DNA from: Lepidodermella squamata | Taxonomy: Eukaryota; Animalia; Gastrotricha | DNA: 64,000 bases | Direction: 5' to 3' | Assembly: GCA_047495785.1 (NCBI GenBank) | Contig: JBLDXI010000074.1 | Coordinates: 1,054,001 to 1,118,000 of the forward strand | Position numbers and translations under genes: made by a program | The notes under the pieces: generated by a model | What the model was told of the DNA's origin: nothing | What the model saw: the letters and a program-made list of their open reading frames with translations, nothing else | Databases searched by the model: none | Shown: piece after piece, positions 1-12,100 of the stretch | Position numbering within the stretch: the stretch's first letter is position 1 | How the letters are laid out: each line of letters begins with the position of its first letter

Positions 1-873
1 AATGAAAACTGAGCATTCATTCACCAATATGTCTGAGCACTTTGGGATCGACCTTAAACCTTGGGAGTATGAGCAAGCCGGCAAGGTAAGAATACCGCAT
101 CTTCTGGAAATTTTTCAATCTGTTGCTAATGGCACTGAGCTCTGAGCTCTCATGCAAAGACCAAAGTCGGTTCCCCAACCTAGGGGCATCTTGGGGGTAA
201 TTTTCAAATAAAATGGCCCCCCTGCGGTTTTATCCGGCTTTCCCGCTAGACCTTTTCAGACGGCAGGTAATGCTCCACTTCTCTATTATAGTATACTTCG
301 TCTAGGCATGAAGGAGAAGCAAAGCGGTTCTGTAATAATTGAAAGAATCGAATTAGCAATTTCGCAAAATACGTCTTAATAGGCTGGTCTTAAGAACGGA
401 TTGCAAGCTAGCGGAATTACCAACATCTTTTACAAAATGGTCACACCTTACTAGTATCTTGCTAAAAAGAAACTAGCCATTTCAACTAGCTAGAACTAGT
501 CTTCAAACGTAGTAATCTGAAACGTCTCTTCCTAATCACCAGCTGATAGCTGGTAAAAGCACTTAATGGCACTCGGCTGCGATAAATGTGGATGCTTTAA
601 TTTCAAGATAGTGTGGTTATGAGCTGAATAGTTATTGAAACAAGATACCAGTACCAAGTTCAAAGCGCCAAAAGCATTTTCACATTTCACCTCGTCAACA
701 ACATATAGTACTCGAATTTTAGTCCCTAAAACTCTTTTGTAAATTCAATCCTATCGTCTCCTTCTGTAAGCTGCTGTATTGAGTACCTTATATATGTTTG
801 TTGTGTCATTAGAAGTAAACTTTGTTGAATTCTATGCGAAAGCGGAGTTTGGGCATAAAAAGTTGCACTGATT

Positions 874-1928
874 ATGTCCCTACAAACGATCGCCATCGGC
901 GATTCAGTAATCACTGACAAGGAAGTTGCAATCCAGCGTATCATCTTGGTTGTTGGAACTACAGGCACAGGTAAATCGACCATTATCAACATGCTGCACA
1001 ATCAGGACGTCAGTGTGGAAGCATGCAAGACGCCATGCAAAGTTGACTCGACCGGAAATTCAGTGACCAAAGAGCCACAATGGATTTTAATTGCGAACAT
1101 GAACACGCTTGTTGCCGATACAGTTGGCTTCGGGGATTCGGGGATAGCAAATTATGAACTAAAATCAAATTTGTCATCGTTTATAAGAAATGCAAAACTC
1201 GGCTTGCATGGCATTGTCATAGTGATGAAATTTGGCCGCGTTACAGCTGGAGCACGAGCGAATTTGAATATCATCTCAAGCATGTTCGAACCTCAATTGG
1301 CCTCCAACTGTTTAGTTGTTGCTACGCATTACGATGGGAAAATGGATGAAGAGTCTCAAAAGCAATCTATAGCCGATTGGCTTGAAGGTAATAATATCAA
1401 GCTTTCCAATCCATCACTTTATAGAATCATGTAAGGGTAGGAGATCCCGTAATGTTGCAGTTCTTTGAAAAAGTTAGCAATCGAGTGATCCTCACCGACA
1501 ATGCATTGGGCAGATTTGCTCAGAAGAATGAACCTATTCGTAGAAATTGCCTCAACCAGCTGAACACGTTCATCAACAACTGTCAAACCATGTTTTTTCC
1601 CGTGCCAATAGGTCTTGCCGAAATGTTGAAGGACATCATGCTTCATCATTTCCAAATGATGAGCGCTTCATCGCTAGGCGTAAGAGTGAGAGTGGCTGAG
1701 GCCTTCGAGTTCTTTAGTAAAGAAGCTGGCGTATCAATAGGCGATTGCGACATATGTAAAAAAGACATCCGCGTTGAAGACTGGGGACTGGCAACATGTC
1801 ACCATTCGTTTCATTACTCCTGCATTTCGGAATACATGAGGCACGGAAACCCCATCTGCCCGGTTTGCTCGCAGTCGATAAGGATTGTCTTCCGGCCTAG
1901 GATGCCAGCCGATCTAGTTGGAACTTGA
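874..1928 (+). CDS. AIG1/GIMAP-like P-loop GTPase fused to C-terminal RING-H2 finger; exons 874-1387, 1441-1928
   Basis: G1 GTTGTGKST, G2 SVT, G3 DTVG, G4-like THYD. A 53-nt GT..AG intron (1388-1440) joins the two ORFs in frame. C-terminus CDIC..CHHSFHYSC..CPVC fits a C3H2C3 RING. Confidence 0.8.
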
Positions 1929-2552
1929 AACTTTAAATTACAGCTTTCATAAATCAGTGCTCTCGAGCGAACGTGATATCATGCAATAGGTTTGAAAGAA
2001 ACATTAAATATGTTTCGGTGTCTTCAACTTTCCAAATGCAATTTTAACATAATGTGCAAAACTCACTCCAAAATGCGATTGCACACATTTCCGTCTAAAC
2101 GGCTTCCTATAATCCGATGATTTTACCAACTACGTTGTTAACTGTAACGTTGTATTTCTGTAGCAGATTTCCGAATGTAATAAACTGTAGCTGTAGCTGT
2201 ATTTTCTGTTGCGAATAAAAACCCTCTGGTTTAATGCAATGTCATTGTTAAAAGTTCGCGAAATTCCAAGTCAGGAAAAATCAGGAAAAAATAATTCAAG
2301 GTAGCTTGAAGTATCATTTGCACTTGCTGTGATTAATATATATGCTTATATGCTTTCCTGAAAGGCTATTCAATTTATCTCTTTGAAGCAGTTGCCATGG
2401 TTTCCAGAACTATGAAGCCCATTCCGATTAGAACCCAAGCGATAGTGTTAGATTTACGTGTATCTAAAAGCCCATAGGTCCCATAGGTTGGGCAACCCTT
2501 TTAATATTTTGCAATTTTATTTACAGGTTGGCCAAAAAACTCCGCAGACGGC

Positions 2553-2657
2553 GAATTCGATGCGCATCATTTTAATGAGGAGTTTCGAAAAATTGAGGAA
2601 TACTTTAAATTCTCCAACTTCTTATAACTTCTCATCAAATTGATGCGCATCGAATTT
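2553..2657. repeat. Short imperfect inverted repeat (MITE fragment)
   Basis: AATTCGATGCGCATCATTTTAATGAGGAGTT ... AACTTCTCATCAAATTGATGCGCATCGAATT. Confidence 0.5.
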
Positions 2658-2952
2658 CGTTGTTTGGATTTTTCATAACTTTCAAAATTTGGTTACTGCA
2701 CCCATAAGTAACGCAATCAAAGCAAATGCCCTGGAAAACTCAGAAACTCTATAATGAGAGACAAAGAAAGCAAACAATCACGAAAATCATAGTAATCAAG
2801 GAAAAACTGAAAAATCTGAATACTATAGTCTAACACTTTTTTATACTGAATTTTTCGGTGATACAAATGGGGGAGAGTGCCAGGGACCTCCATGGGAGTA
2901 ATTTAGAATCAGAAATTCCAAATTTGAACGCACCTGATACTGTAATTACGGA

Positions 2953-3060
2953 TTAGGGTGTTCGAAAAATCGCCCGAAATCAGCTGGGCGGATAGGGCGA
3001 TTTCGACCACTTTTCGCACGGTGACAGATATAGAGACAAACGTGTTTCAAAATCGTGATC
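2953..3060 (+). repeat. Dispersed repeat, second copy at ~6625-6740
   Basis: Shared TCGAAAAATCG..GAAATCAGCTGGGCGGATAGG..GATTTCG..AGACAAACG..TTTCAAAA..CGTGATC. Confidence 0.65.
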
Positions 3061-3117
3061 TTCGCCCCCAGAAATTCTATCAAATATTTTTTGTTCTCAC
3101 GCAGATACAAAAAATAA

Positions 3118-3420
3118 GGGTCTTACGTCTTACTTATAGCCGAACCAAATTTGGCTGTTAGCGGAACCAAATTGTGAAATGTTCAATTGGGCTAAAAAAA
3201 ACTTTTCGCATCGTCCAAGGATGTAATGATTGATCAGCATAATTTGAAATAAATCATCATTGAATTCAGCGTAAAATTCTGTGTAAGACGAATTTTTCAC
3301 TATAGAAATCCTACATTGCCTTAATTCTTAATTTTATATAAATATTCGAAAAGCGACTTTTTGCTTACTAAAACTAGGTTATACGCAATATGCAGGTTTC
3401 GTTCCGCTAAAAGATATTCT
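3118..3420 (+). repeat. Interspersed repeat family, copy 1 (others at ~8575-8810 and ~20508-20782)
   Basis: AGCGGAACCAAATT ... TAAGAC ... GTTCCGCTAAAAGA with an internal inverted repeat; three diverged copies in the window. Confidence 0.7.
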
Positions 3421-3811
3421 GAAAAAATAATACCGATATAAAAAGAGGTAAATTTCCAAAAATTCCCGAACCATTTACAATTGGGGTTTTCCGGTATTTT
3501 TTTTAATTCTTCGGTTAAATCGCGGATTCAAGATGAAATTTGTTTCAGCGTAATTTCAAATTTGGCAAATGTCGATATATCACTAAAATGTAATATTTTA
3601 ATTTTATTTTTGAGTTTTTTTTAGTTGTAATTGAAGGCACTCCAAGAAAATTAACTGCTATTTTCCCACCATGACTTGCTTTTCCCACTCTGATGAATAA
3701 GACGAAAAAAACCGAGCTTCTATTATCAAAACGAGTCGCTTTATTCCGTATCAAATCAATGTGTAACAAAAAGCTCATCAGTAGTAAAAAATCTCGGCTA
3801 TAAAAAGTCAA

Positions 3812-4438
3812 TCAACCGCTTTTCGTTTTGCCGCCCTTGCCCTTGCCCTTGCCCTTGCCGCCCTTGGGACGGTGTTTCGATTGGCAGCACTCGTTGACGG
3901 TCGTGTGCTTCGAGCAGTCGATGTTGATGCTGCACGAGATCGACGGGACATTGCCGCGGATGACAGCGCCATCGTCCGTCATCTCGACGCTGTACTTGGG
4001 GTTGCGGCACTTGTAAGTGTTGCCGCGCACCAGGCAGCAAACCTGTTGCGAACAATCGCCGTGGCGCTTGCAGGCTCCGTTCGACGGCTTCGCGCCCCGA
4101 GAATCCCAGCCAGTCGCCTCAACATCAGCATCGGCAACATCGCCCTCGCCGTCGCCCTCGCCGTCGGCTTCCGCGTCCTCGAGGGTCGTGAAGAACGATC
4201 CGTCGCCGCAGAGAGCGCCGCCGACGAACCCTGAGAAATCGTTGTCTTCGTCTGACAACAGGTTGCTTAGGATCGGCTTGCCGACGTAGTTCCACAGCTT
4301 GCCCCAGATCGAGCGTTCGGTGCTGGAAAACGTTCCGCGTTCGTCGCCAGTGTCGCCGCGAGCATTTTCCGTGTCTTCTTCCTCCAACGCCGATGAGGTG
4401 ACGATGCACAGAGCGAGAAGTAAAATAGTAGCTTTCAT
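3812..4438 (-). CDS. Secreted toxin/AMP-like precursor: signal peptide, acidic pro-regions, amphipathic peptide, Cys-rich modules, GK tail
   Basis: 208-aa single-exon ORF with GC-rich codons; signal peptide MKATILLLALCIVTSSA; C-x5-C-x4-CC-x8-C and C-x5-C-x8-CC modules; TATA box upstream. Confidence 0.8.
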   Translation of the reverse strand: MKATILLLALCIVTSSALEEEDTENARGDTGDERGTFSSTERSIWGKLWNYVGKPILSNLLSDEDNDFSGFVGGALCGDGSFFTTLEDAEADGEGDGEGDVADADVEATGWDSRGAKPSNGACKRHGDCSQQVCCLVRGNTYKCRNPKYSVEMTDDGAVIRGNVPSISCSINIDCSKHTTVNECCQSKHRPKGGKGKGKGKGGKTKSG

Positions 4439-4521
4439 TGTGTGTTTGTTAGTAGATGGTGAATTGAGTTGTACTGAAAGCTATAGTGAATGTAGTAATA
4501 GGGTTTGTGAAATCGTTGGGC

Positions 4522-4527
4522 TTTATA
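4522..4527 (-). promoter_or_regulatory. TATA box of the 3812-4438 gene
   Basis: Minus strand CCTATAAAG about 85 nt upstream of the ATG. Confidence 0.6.
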
Positions 4528-5964
4528 GGCGGCGAAGATAATGGTGACACAGGTGGCTCGCGCCACCAGAAGTCTATCTCGCGTGCTGTCATTTTCGAAA
4601 AAGCGTGATGCTCTACGTTTGCGAGAAGCAGCTGGTGGCCTCGAGCTGTTAGTAGCCGAATTTTCGCATTTTTATTCGCGAAGCTGTTAAAAATAGGTGA
4701 AAATTAGGTATAGCGAAAAAAATCAGAGGTCAACAAGAAAAATGATTTCGCTCATCAGAATGAAAAAGAGACATTTTCGCGCACTTGGCCCCTCTGAAAA
4801 GCAAGAAAATTTAGCTGAACCTATACCTATATTCACGATAGGCCAGTGTCCCTCAAACTGGGAGTCGCGGGGGTGGCCTGATGATTTGGTTTATTGTTGG
4901 TCACATTCCTAGAAAAAATCTTCAAAAATAGCGTTATCCAAAGCTCGCTACGCTCGTGTCCCACTTTATTCGACTGAAATCCGGGAAAATTCCGGCCGGT
5001 AACCCTTTCACGGCCGGAAGGACGATTTCGGAATTTCGACTTTGAAAATGTGCAGAAAATTGAATTTGATGAATTCTTGATCGCATTTTTGAGGAATATT
5101 GCTTTTCGATGTTGGCTACAAGGTTTTGAAACCAGGACACCGTCATCTTACATGGCCAGGACATACTAGCAATTTGAAAATAGTCAACCTGAGATTTAAA
5201 TTTCGATTTTTTTCAACTTGAAATTGCACAGGTTTGTGATCATTTTTTGATTCAGCAAAAAATTCCACCGTGTCCGCCTTAGTCTCATTGACCTCTGTGT
5301 AAATTTTCCTGAGTTGGAAATGAAAAACGACGACGCTATTGAAATTAAACCAAACCGGCCGAATTCGTCCTTCCCGCCCAGACTTCTGCAGGCGGAGTGC
5401 GTGATTTTTGTGCTGCAAAAACTGTCGCGAGCTAAAACCGGAAAAGCTGAATTCAGATCTGAATGCTGAGCCTCTGAAACTTTTTTAGGCTAAACTATTT
5501 CGGTGATATACCGTCATTTGGGGCAAAATGAACCTTTGGGGCTAATTGGCCAGAAATTGAGGTTCTCACATTTTTATCAAAGGCTCTAAAGCTACCAGAC
5601 CTAACTCTACAAAAATTTACGGGGAGGATTATCAACAAGCCCTTTACAAATCTGCAAATTTTTAGCCAGGTATGTCCCAAAATGAGGTCACAGCATGTTG
5701 TTGTATAACGGTGAGTTGAGGGAGGTAAAAATGACCCCTTTTAATTGAATTACCTGGAGCCAATCACGAGGTTTCATGTTAAGTTGACAATTTTTTCTTC
5801 GAACATCTTCGTCGTAGATGACAGCAAAAAAAACCGCGACCCCAGGCGATGCACAGGTATGGCTAGGTGATTGAGGCCAAATTACCCCATGGAAAACTCG
5901 ATAATGGGGGCTAATTGGCCACCCTCATCGTTATAATGGGTTTTTAATGTTTAGTGATTGTGAG

Positions 5965-6053
5965 GATCGAATGGTCGAGTGGTTGTAATGCGTCGTCAGA
6001 ACTTGTGTGATCTGATGAGCGAGGGTTCGATTCCTCATAGAGTAGCATTTTTT
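5965..6053 (+). ncRNA. tRNA-like Pol III unit (left arm of MITE)
   Basis: A box TGGTCGAGTGG 5972-5982, B box GGTTCGATTCC 6024-6034, T6 terminator 6048-6053; acceptor stem does not pair. Confidence 0.55.
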
Positions 6054-6259
6054 GCGTCGCTTTTAATTTTTTTAATTTTTAGTTAATTTACCATTTTAAT
6101 TATTTGAAATTGGTTTCTTCGTTGTTTCCGTAATTTTTACTGCTGAATAAATTTTAAAACGTATCCCGAACAAAAACTGCCTGGGATACGTGGCATGCAA
6201 TAATTAAACATAATTAAAATGGTAAATTAACTAAAAATTAAAAAAATTAAAAGCGACGC

Positions 6260-6348
6260 AAAAAATGCTACTCTATGAGGAATCGAACCCTCGCTCATCA
6301 GATCACACAAGTTCTGACGACGCATTACAACCACTCGACCATTCGATC
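6260..6348 (-). ncRNA. tRNA-like Pol III unit (right arm of MITE, mirror copy)
   Basis: Reverse complement of 5965-6053; A box 6331-6341, B box 6279-6289. Confidence 0.55.
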
Positions 6349-7282
6349 CTCACAATCACTAAACATTAAAAACCCATTATAAGGATAAGGGTGGCCAATT
6401 AGCCCCAAAACACCTGTCCAATTTGCCCCAAACCTGGGGCAAAATGAGCTTCCTATAAAATCGGAATCAGGACCCCCTGAAACGTGTAAAAATGCGAAAA
6501 AAACAGGGGGTCATTTTTTTCCCGCGGCCATTTTGCCCCAATTTACGGTAAGTGAGGGAGAATGTTAGGGACATTCGTGATTTATAATCTAAAATTCTAA
6601 AGCTGAAGGCACCTGGCATAGAAATTAAGGTGCTCGAAAAATCGACTGAAATCAGCTGGGCGGATAGGACGATTTCGGCCAGTTTTTGTACAGCCTTAAC
6701 GGTGATAGATAAAGACAAACGGATTTCAAAACCGTGATCAGGGCCTTCGAAAACCCCACAAATTGATGTCAAATAGTTTTTCTACCGCAGATAAATAATT
6801 CCGCCATGAAAGGGTTAACTTGAACTGTAAGGCATTGCGATGATGCCTATAGGCCATAAGGAAGTCAAAGTGCTCAAAGTGCTCAACGGTCAACTGATTT
6901 TACGAGCTCATTTTACCACTTCAATATAGTTCTAAGTCACATTTTCTCGCTTCAATTTCAGCATTATTCCAGCCTTTTTTACTGTTGGTTATCAACGTAA
7001 ACATGTTCCGCCTTTTTTAAATGAACTCTCTTGATTGAAAAATGGACGCGAGGCGTGTTGTGATCTCATTTTTATTCAGTTATCGTTACAATATACATCG
7101 GAGGGAAGTGAAGACGACGATTCTACCAGCCATCAATAACAACTCTAGTGCGTATCATCCGAAACGGCACTCAGTGCTATCGATGCGAACTTTTATCAAA
7201 CAAAAGGTTGGCGGTGAATTAAGGTGATACAGTTCAGCGATTATTATAAGCCGCAGTTGAATTGACCGAGGCAGTCAGCTTA

Positions 7283-7924
7283 TCAATGATGATGATGGTC
7301 GTGATCTCTGAAGAACCGATAACCGCAGTAGCCGCACGTGTGATTCCCAGGCTGGTCCTGAACAAATTCGCCGCGAAATTACAAAATCAATTAAACTTCA
7401 AAATTTTAAAAATCCTTAACAGGCAGAATTGTTTATGATTTTTCTCATCAATCTGAACAATCTGAAATTTTCAATAATATTTTGAAAATCAAATTCAAAT
7501 TTTTGAAAAATTAAAAAAGTTTTCAAACATTTCGAAACCATGAATTTTCGCAACTCTCAAAAAAATTCTAAGAAAAATATTTCATCTATTAAATTTCAAT
7601 GAAACGAACCAAATTGATGAAAACTTTCGGGTGCCCAAGCGGGCCGCCGCCGCCGTCGCACGACACGATGCGTGATTTCGACGCGATAGGCGCCGCCTCG
7701 GCGACCAGGTTGATGGCGAACTGCTTGTTGACGAGCTTTTCCTTGTTGACGAATCGCGCCATGCGCGGGTCGTTCGCCGCCCAGTGCTGGCCCGTGTGCG
7801 TCGGCACGTCCGCCTCGCGCTGCACGGCCTCGGTGACGCCGCTCGCCGTCGCCGTGGTTGCCGGCACTTTGGCGACTACTTTCGACGACAGGGCGCGGCG
7901 CGCCAACGCGAAACGCCAACTCAT
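7283..7924 (-). CDS. NDUFS6: NADH dehydrogenase Fe-S protein 6 (complex I 13 kDa Zn-finger subunit); exons 7924-7610, 7357-7283
   Basis: THTGQ, CDGGGGPLGHPKVFINL|DQPGNHTCGYCGYRF zf-CHCC motif; N-terminal mitochondrial presequence. Confidence 0.95.
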
Positions 7925-8149
7925 CTTTCAATAAAAAATTATCTAAAAATGCAGGTGAAATCAGTTTTAAAAATCGCAATTTTCAGCTCACTACGGCTCA
8001 CCAATGGTACTCGCAGAAAATTAAATCCCAATTCAGGTTCTAGGATTATTCTGGAAAAAGCATGAAGTAATTTTTCGAAGAATGAAAAATATAAAAAATA
8101 TAAATGAAAATCGGAAATCTGGAAATAAAAAAATTGGCTCTTTGAAATT

Positions 8150-8464
8150 AATAACAATAATAATTATTATTTATTTCATAATCAAAGCGAACTTTGAGGA
8201 CTAGAGGGGCATGCCACTTACTCTAGCCCTCGGTCTTATCGTAAGTGAGTGAGATTTCCGTACGACGGGATTCGACTGGTGCGGTCTAGCTGACACTCCC
8301 AGCCTCCCAATTTTCTATTTTGTATAACGCGATGGATTGGTAAAACCACCGCGCGGGGCCCAAGGGGCTCGATCCTGGTTCCGTCACTAGGACTTGAACC
8401 CAGTCGCGAGCGATATCCCCTCAGATACACAGCAGCTCAGCGACCCAACTGAGCCACCGTGCCT
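8150..8464 (-). mobile_element. tRNA-derived SINE
   Basis: A box TGGCTCAGTTGG (8456-8445), B box GGTTCAAGTCC (8400-8390), ~230-nt body, AT-rich tail. Confidence 0.65.
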
Positions 8465-8574
8465 CAAATGAAATCGATCGATTTTTGCGAAACAAAATAC
8501 TTCGGGAAAATGAAGACCTAACATCTACCTCGAACTCTAATTATCTTTTTACATCTTTTTACAGGAACAAATTT

Positions 8575-8810
8575 ACGGTGAGCGGAACCTAATTTGCTGT
8601 AGCGGAACCAAATTTTGGAATTTTCTAGTGGCATGAAATCACTTTTCGGATATTTTTTGCGGGTCACGATTAAAAGAAAATTAAAAAAAATCCACCAACA
8701 AATTTAGAGTAAAATCTCTATAAGACAGAGCGTTCAATTCAGAACTCATGCTTCGCCTCATTCCTATAATTATTCGAAAAGTGACTACAAATTTGGTTCC
8801 GCTAAAAGAC
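8575..8810 (+). repeat. Interspersed repeat family, copy 2
   Basis: Homologous to 3118-3420 and 20508-20782. Confidence 0.65.
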
Positions 8811-9192
8811 ATTTTGAATCAAAAGAATTAGGGACAGCGTAATGGTATGGTAATGGAACATGGTATCAAGCCCAATAAATATCCGAAATTTGGTCCCACT
8901 CACCGTGAATTTGGTTCCGGTAACAGGAGGGTCCAATTCTAAATAACAAATTTGGCTACTAAAAATACTTATTGATTAAAAAACAGGCATGCAGGGAATT
9001 TTTCGCAATATGTTCTAGTTGGGATATTTCACAGCAAAATCTTCAGTTTTCCGAAATATGATTCCTTAAAATGCAATTTTTTCTACATCATCCAAACTGA
9101 ATTATCGATAATAGCGAGTGAAATTATGAACAAATTCGGGATTTCAAGTTAATAATAAGACGGACAACCATTAAGCAACCATTAACAAATTT

Positions 9193-12100
9193 TTATTGAG
9201 CGTTCGCATTTCGGCCACGTTTCGCAAAATTTTGATTATTATTATTATGTCGGTTATCAGGCCTGTTGAAGGGCCCGTTTTTCCGAGCACCACCAAAATT
9301 GCGTTTATCACTATTCTGAAAATGCGGAACACTTCTCGGCTCAAATTTCGGCCCGGCTCGGTTCGCCGGCGAATCCGAGGCCTTCAACTGCGCCCAGCGC
9401 TGCGGGTTCAGCGCGTACAACCGCAGCGCGAAGGCGGCGTACAAAAAGCGGCCGTACTTGGAATCGCGCAAAATCTCACCGAAACGGCTCAAATACCGCG
9501 CCAACGCCTCGCGCTGCGCCGGACACGCGTCCCAAATCGCCTTGTACGTCAAACAGCCGAAATGCGTCGTGGCACACGTCAGCAGTTTCTCCTGATCGCC
9601 CGATTTCGGCGCCAACATCGCGACAATTTCACTTTTCGGCACGCTTTTCAACGAAAGCAACTGCGATACCACGTGGTAGCCCTCGGCCGTCGCAGCGGCC
9701 GCGTTCAAAAATTCGGCGTTTTTCAAACTTTCGACAAAAATTGAGCAGTCGGGTAGGCAGAACAGCGCCTCGAGCAGCAGACACCCTGGCATGTTCGGCT
9801 GCGGCAGTTGCTCGTCCGTTTTCGCAAAATCCGGCAAATTATCGAAGGGCAAATAGTAGAACAAACACGGCACTAACATTTTTGACTTTTCATCGCCCGA
9901 GCAACTCAGAACTCGGCACAACTCGGCAGTTAATTGCTTGAGAAACGGCGGAATTCCACTCGAGGGTGACAGCAATCGGATGGCGGCCTTGACCAGCTCA
10001 GTCACCACGCCTAAACAGCCCGCGTTGAAGATTTGCGTCATTTGCGACAGAATCGGCTCGGAAAATGTGGCGAAATCTGACGAGTCATCGAGGGTCCTCA
10101 GCGCCGCTTGGATCGTGTAATTGCCCAGCGAATCAATCGATAGCTCCTTGATTCGGTCTTCCTCGTCCTCCAAATCGATACTCAAGTAGCGTTTCATTAG
10201 CTTCTGGTGAATTGCCGATGGCGATGAGGCGAGAATCAGGTCGTTCAACACGTGGCTCAGCACCTCGTGCTTACACACTGCGTCGACGTCACTCTGCTCC
10301 GCGTGAATGGTTTTCGCCAGAGTTTTGCACAAGTCGAGGCGAAATTCTTCTGAGAAGCGACTTTTCGCAATTTTCAGCAGTGAACAGTACACTGGGGCGG
10401 CGTATTCGTTGCTCAGGCGGTTGAATAGCGCCGATTTTGTGACCACCTTACTCGAGGCCATGCTGCACGCGAGTGTTATCAGTCGTTTCTGGAATTCCTC
10501 GGAAATTTCGGGGGATAGCAGGCGGATCGAATCGTCACCGGTGCCTTTCGGGAAGATTCGCACGGAGGCGAGGGCGGCGATTAGGGCGCGTATGACGTGG
10601 GAAGCTCGCGCGTGGGGTAGACACTCGTCCATGTTGAGTCGCGTGATTTTGCAGACGACTCGGAAAAATTTCGTCAACGTTTTATCGGCTGAGATTTTCG
10701 AATTCGGGATAGCGGCGAGGCGTTTCAGGTAGTCTTCGAGGACGTAGCTGGAAAATCGGTCGGTAGCCAGAGCGAACCAGTTTTTCGAAAAAGCTAAAAA
10801 AAATAAAAAAAATAAAAATCCAAAGATCCACTATATTATCTTTCTATAAGAAAAATGCTCAGATGTGCTCAATATTTTAATGAATATATTCCACGTGAGA
10901 TGTGCCACTGACAAAGGGTTCAGGTGTTTTTAAATTGGCTATCTAACGGCTTCAATTTCAGAAGCAATTGTGCAAGCTGTATTGCTTGCAGCGTGCCAGC
11001 CAAGTTCGACTCCGAAAAATTGCAACAGCTATTGAGCAATTAGCAAACTCTACGCCGGCAGCTCCTGCAGCCAACGTCAACCCGTATCCGGGTATTAATA
11101 AATCTTATATCGTGAAGTCATTGGTCGACCATAAGAACTTCGACGTAGTTAAACTTTTGCAGGAAAAAATGCACACTTTTCCCAATCGGAACCCGCACTT
11201 GGAAACTCTCGTGGCGGCTGTGGCGAATGACAGCGGCATATTTCGAGTAAGCAGCAATTCGCTTCTCAACCTTATTTTCCTGAGCAGCCTGGATATTTCC
11301 TCGAAAACATGTTGCAGTTGCAGCGCAAGTCGTCTCGGAACAGACGATACAACGTGCCGCGGAATTCACCGTAACTAAACTTTTGTCAGCCAATTATTTT
11401 CCCGATAATATCACGAGTGTTTCGATAGAAGCCTTCCGTGTTCTTCGCGGAACGGAAGAAGGCTCGTGCGAGGACCATGCGGCGGTAAAACTGGTCAACG
11501 AATGTTTACGCCAATTAGGGACAGAACAGAAAACCGGGAAACGAGATAAGAAATGGTCGAGGATTATTTGGAGGAGGCTGCCGAGAAGCCGCCGAGCCGG
11601 CTGGGTCCGATGGCTTCAGGAATTCCCAATGAGAATCCCGATAAATACTTGCGCATAATAATGAGATAAATCGGCCGGGTTTGATTTAATAAAAAAAGAA
11701 CAGCTAAGCGGCTTGGTTTCAACTGCTTCCACCGTCGAACGAGTTTTATCTGCCTATGGACTAAACTCGGAAATCGCCTTCTCAACGACACGGTATTCAA
11801 ACTGTTTTTCGTCCGGTGCCGCCTGATGCGCCAGGAAACCGAGTACAGGAAATAAGAAGAAATCCGGGAATTGCTTGTGCTTGGGCGTTCTTGATTCTTT
11901 CCCCTGCCCCTGTCTCACTGCTAACCCCAGATATCAGCGATTTTGAAATTCTACACGACTTTGAGCAAACGGTTGATGTCGATAATAATGCCTGATGATG
12001 AAAATTTCAGTCTGAGCCTCGAAGACAGCTTTTCGGATTTCTTTTATTTTAGACTGAATCAAGGGATGAGGAGTGGCTCGAAATACCAAATTGTAGGAAA

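Larger units (their letters stand above)
5511..6548. mobile_element. Non-autonomous DNA transposon (MITE) with TA target duplication, CCGT termini and an internal ~500-bp palindrome
   Basis: TA|CCGTCATTTGGGGCAAAATG ... CATTTTGCCCCAATTTACGG|TA; 197-bp arms 5907-6103 and 6210-6406; related copy at 62318. Confidence 0.85.

Noticed and set aside
1-90. Possible exon ending GGCAAG|GTAAG
   Set aside because: Too short, truncated by the window edge, no recognisable product.
5965-6053. Functional tRNA gene
   Set aside because: Acceptor stem does not pair, there is no 7-nt anticodon loop, and it lies within a repeated MITE.
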